Assembly (NCBI GenBank): GCA_950097015.1
Contig: CATNEN010000001.1
Location: forward strand, 22,320,001 to 22,384,000
Length of the DNA stretch: 64,000 nucleotides
Reading direction: 5' to 3'
DNA from: Macrostomum hystrix
Lineage: Eukaryota; Animalia; Platyhelminthes
Part shown: positions 60,228 to 64,000 of the stretch, piece after piece
Position numbering within the stretch: position 1 is the stretch's first letter
How the letters are laid out: every line of letters begins with the position of its first letter
The notes under the pieces: generated by a model
Told to the model about the DNA's origin: nothing
Seen by the model: the letters and a program-made list of their open reading frames with translations, nothing else
Databases searched by the model: none
Made by a program: the position numbers and the translations under genes

Positions 60228-61313
60228 GAGCAAGAGTGACAGTCGCACAGAGAGAGAGAGTGACAGTCGCACAGAGAGAGAGTGACAGTCGCACACAGAG
60301 AGAGTGACAGTCGCACAGAGAGAGAGAGTGACAGTCGCACACAGACAGAGTGACAGTCGCACACAGAGAGAGTGACAGTCGCACAGAGAGAGAGAGTGAC
60401 AGTCGCACACAGACAGAGTGACAGTCGCACACAGAGAGAGTGACAGTCGCACACAGAGAGAGTGACAGTCACAGAGAGAGTGACAGTCACAGAGAGAGTG
60501 ACAGTCGCACAGAGAGAGAGAGTGACAGTCGCACACAGACAGAGTGACAGTCGCACAGAGAGAGAGAGTGACAGTCACACACAGAGAGAGAGTGACAGTC
60601 ACAGAGAGAGAGTGACAGTCACAGAGAGAGTGACAGTCACAGAGAGAGTGGCAGTCACAGAGAGAGTGACAGTCACAGAGAGAGTGACAGTCACAGAGAG
60701 AGTGACAGTCACAGAGAGAGTGACAGTCGCACAGAGAGAGAGAGTGACAGTCGCACACAGACAGAGTGACAGTCGCACAGAGAGAGAGAGAGTGACAGTC
60801 ACAGAGAGAGTGACAGTCACAGAGAGAGTGACAGTCACAGAGAGAGTGACAGTCACAGAGAGAGTGACAGTCACAGAGAGAGAGCGACAGTCACAGAGAG
60901 AGTGACAGTCACAGAGAGAGTGACAGTCACACAGAGAGAGTGACAGTCGCACACAGACAGAGTGACAGTCGCACAGAGAGTGACAGTCACAGAGAGAGAG
61001 TGACAGTCGCACAGAGAGTGACAGTCACAGAGAGAGAGTGACAGTCACAGAGAGAGTGACAGTCACAGAGAGAGTGACAGTCACAGAGAGAGTGACAGTC
61101 ACAGAGAGAGTGACAGTCACAGAGAGAGTGACAGTCACAGAGAGAGTGACAGTCACAGAGAGAGTGACAGTCACAGAGAGAGTGACAGTCACAGAGAGAG
61201 TGACAGTCACAGAGAGAGTGACAGTCACAGAGAGAGTGACAGTCACAGAGAGAGTGACAGTCACAGAGAGAGTGACAGTCACAGAGAGAGTGACAGTCAC
61301 AGAGACGGTGACA
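60228..61313. repeat. Minisatellite, 18-24 bp GAGAGTGACAGTC(GC)ACAGA
   Basis: Direct inspection. Confidence 0.95.
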
Positions 61314-64000
61314 GCTGGTCGGGCCTTTTCTGACTATTTTTAACACACTAGCCAATCATTCTGTGTGTCGATCAGACTTCATCAATACACTGTTATCCTA
61401 TTTAACATTTCTTACCTGCCTGTGTTGGACCTATAACAGAAGCAATAAACAATGTCGTAATAATTTATATCTTTCGACAAATGATTTTCTTGACTACTGA
61501 GCTAAACCATTGCTTCCCTCTTTTCGCAACTTCCGTGTTTGCTTTTTTTCTTCGAAGCAGGAAATCAGAGCGAACTGATAGACATCTACTCCCTTTCATA
61601 TGCAGAGTGCCTTGGAGGAAATCCTTTGCACCCACTGAGAAGCTTCTTAAAGAATAAATACAATAATTTACTCCCATATTCTGTGTGTAGGGCTAGTTTG
61701 GTTAGCAACTAAATATTATATCCTATTATAATATAACTTATAGCAGCCTTCACAGTCGCTAAGACAGTCGGTTCACTAACTTTAACAAATGTAGGGGAAT
61801 ATTTTTCTCTGCGGTCACTTGATATCGATGGCTCCTCGGCAATAAATAATAAAACAAGAAGAAAAGACAAAGGTTTTGGGATCTTGGGGGATAGAATCCT
61901 ATTTTTTTAACTACATGACATATAGCTAGATTCCTTAGTATCTGCACAAAGCCAAACACTTGCTTGACAAAATCAATCGAAACCTATAGTGCGCGCATGG
62001 GATCATATAACTGCCGCTTCCCATGCACCCGTCGAAGCATTTTCTGCCCTAGCAACCAGCTAGTGTCACAGGAGTTCTAGGAACCCAGAACCGCGACCCA
62101 GTTTTCTGACTTTACTGTGAAATATATCATTTGTTTAAGAAAATTCCCAGGTAAGAATTAAGACAATTCATAGGATTGATTTTGGCCTCAATACATCTCA
62201 ATTAGGCTTGGTAACATAGGCCGGGTGATGGCAACACCTGTTCCTCTGCTGCACTGCAGGTGAAATGTTGCTTTTAGCAAGCCCGTATGGATAGAACTGT
62301 TCGACTTGAACCGTTTGCGCAACGCCATCCGCAGGGCCGGAACTCGGTACAGAATCCCCCTTCACTGCTTTGCTTCTGATCTTTCACTCTGCAGCTCCTT
62401 GACAGGAAGCAACACCCACCCCCAACCCCCTGTGACAGAGTCCAGAACTGCTGTCAGAAGCAGCCGCTGAACACTGCTGGGAGCTGTTGCTAACCGGAAT
62501 AGCTTGGTCCATTCAGTAGAATATCATAATGCTTGGGCTTGTCTGCTATTCAGCCTGCTTAGAAAAACGATACACTATATGGGCCGCTGATGCTATAAGG
62601 GAAGGGTCAGCAACAAGGGGCGAAATTCCCACGGCCTTAACTAATACAGATCCCTCCTGTATAAGAGTCCAGAGAAATGCCGCGAAATCACTGCCCCTCA
62701 TTTGTCACAGTGCTAGTCAAGCTTCACTGCCTTCACTTCATAAGGAAACCGGTTTAATGAGCTCAATCATTGGATAAAGATTTTTAATGCCATGAAAATC
62801 GTCTAAAATGCCATTTTGTAGTCAACAGAATGGAGGATGAAAATCACTGCCAATTGCTTTCCATGCTCCGACTTTTAATTCCTCTCTTGGTTGGAACGCC
62901 CCCTCTGCAGAGCACACTTTGACAGTTGACAACGGGGGCCACTGTCATTATGGGGCTGGCAACCTTTTCAAGTTTTGCTTGGAGTCTTGGATGCTCACGT
63001 TTGTCAGTCATGCGCCACTGAATTAGGAATAAAAGATCTTGGTGTAGGCCTTTGATCGCATAATTCAAGACACGCTGAGTACATGCAGCCACGCCTACCA
63101 ACAAATATCTGCAGGGGGTGTGCAAGTCTCTCCTCTTGACTGGTAAACTGTTGATATTTGACAACACCGCGATGCTTTTTGAAGCTTTACCGATTCCTTA
63201 TGTCAATTATGTAATACTAAATATATCCCATGCCGTAGCTCTGGCAGGCCAGGATTTTGCCATATAGTTAAGTAACCACATAGGAAAATTTTCGCTATAT
63301 AAAAGGATATCATCATGTCATTTATGTAGTCATTGAATTATAAATTATCACGGTGAATCGTTGATATGGGCCCTGACAAGGTTTAGGCAAGCCATGAATT
63401 ACAGAAACTATTTTGTTAAGCAGCGCTTAATTTTTATATTTACTTAATAATGATTTATTTACCTAGATAAATGAAATATTATTCCATTCCACGTGTTCAC
63501 TAGTAGATACTACGTACAGTAGCGAGTATGTATGCAAGGACAACTTAAGTAGATATACGTTACATGAGTAGTCCTTGTATGTCGAAACCAAATATCTCTG
63601 GTATGAGCGATAAAATCTTAATGCGTACGAACTGATTTTCTTTTAACAAAGAAGTAGATTTATGCAGCTGTCGATCTAATAAAAAGTGTTTGATGATGCA
63701 TGGTGCATGATGCGTGAAGTAGCGTCTTCAACTAGCGATGTACACTACTGATTGAGGGCAAGGAGCGTACAGTACTATTCACAAGCAACCAACCGAAAAT
63801 AATTTCTTAGCGCAGTAACAATTTAATTGCAAGGACTACTACACGCAGACGTTACGTACACGTTGACTACTAAAGTACTAATATGACATTTTACTTTAGT
63901 AGTACTTGATTTCATGTAAAAGAATTTAGCATATGAAAAATAGTGATTTTATCCATCATTTTCTGGTTGCAAAAACTGCAGGCAAGTTAAATCACATGAA

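Overview
Eukaryotic (animal) genomic DNA with GT-AG spliced genes, GC-rich exons, AT-rich spacers and about 32 distinct minisatellite arrays covering roughly 23 kb (~35%). The style (Ala/Gln-rich GC-rich exons, minisatellite-filled introns) resembles the flatworm Macrostomum; this is inference and was not verified. Four protein-coding genes can be built with frame-consistent splice sites: (1) an FBXO15-like F-box gene (minus, 4 exons, 1933-5299); (2) an intronless, divergent PP1-like Ser/Thr phosphatase (plus, 7122-8225); (3) a MAP7/ensconsin-like gene (minus, up to 10 coding exons, 13433-34031); (4) a two-zinc-finger GATA1/2/3-class factor (minus, 4 coding exons, 41509-51476). There are three copies of a tRNA-derived SINE and hAT/Charlie-like MITE ends. 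The most notable patterns are these: nearly every intron holds its own minisatellite, often right against a splice site; many unrelated units share a GGGAT/ATCCC core; related arrays lie in inverted orientation around frame-symmetric MAP7 exons; and some arrays appear mobile. There is no CRISPR array, rRNA or intact tRNA. Most long ORFs in the supplied track are translations of repeats.
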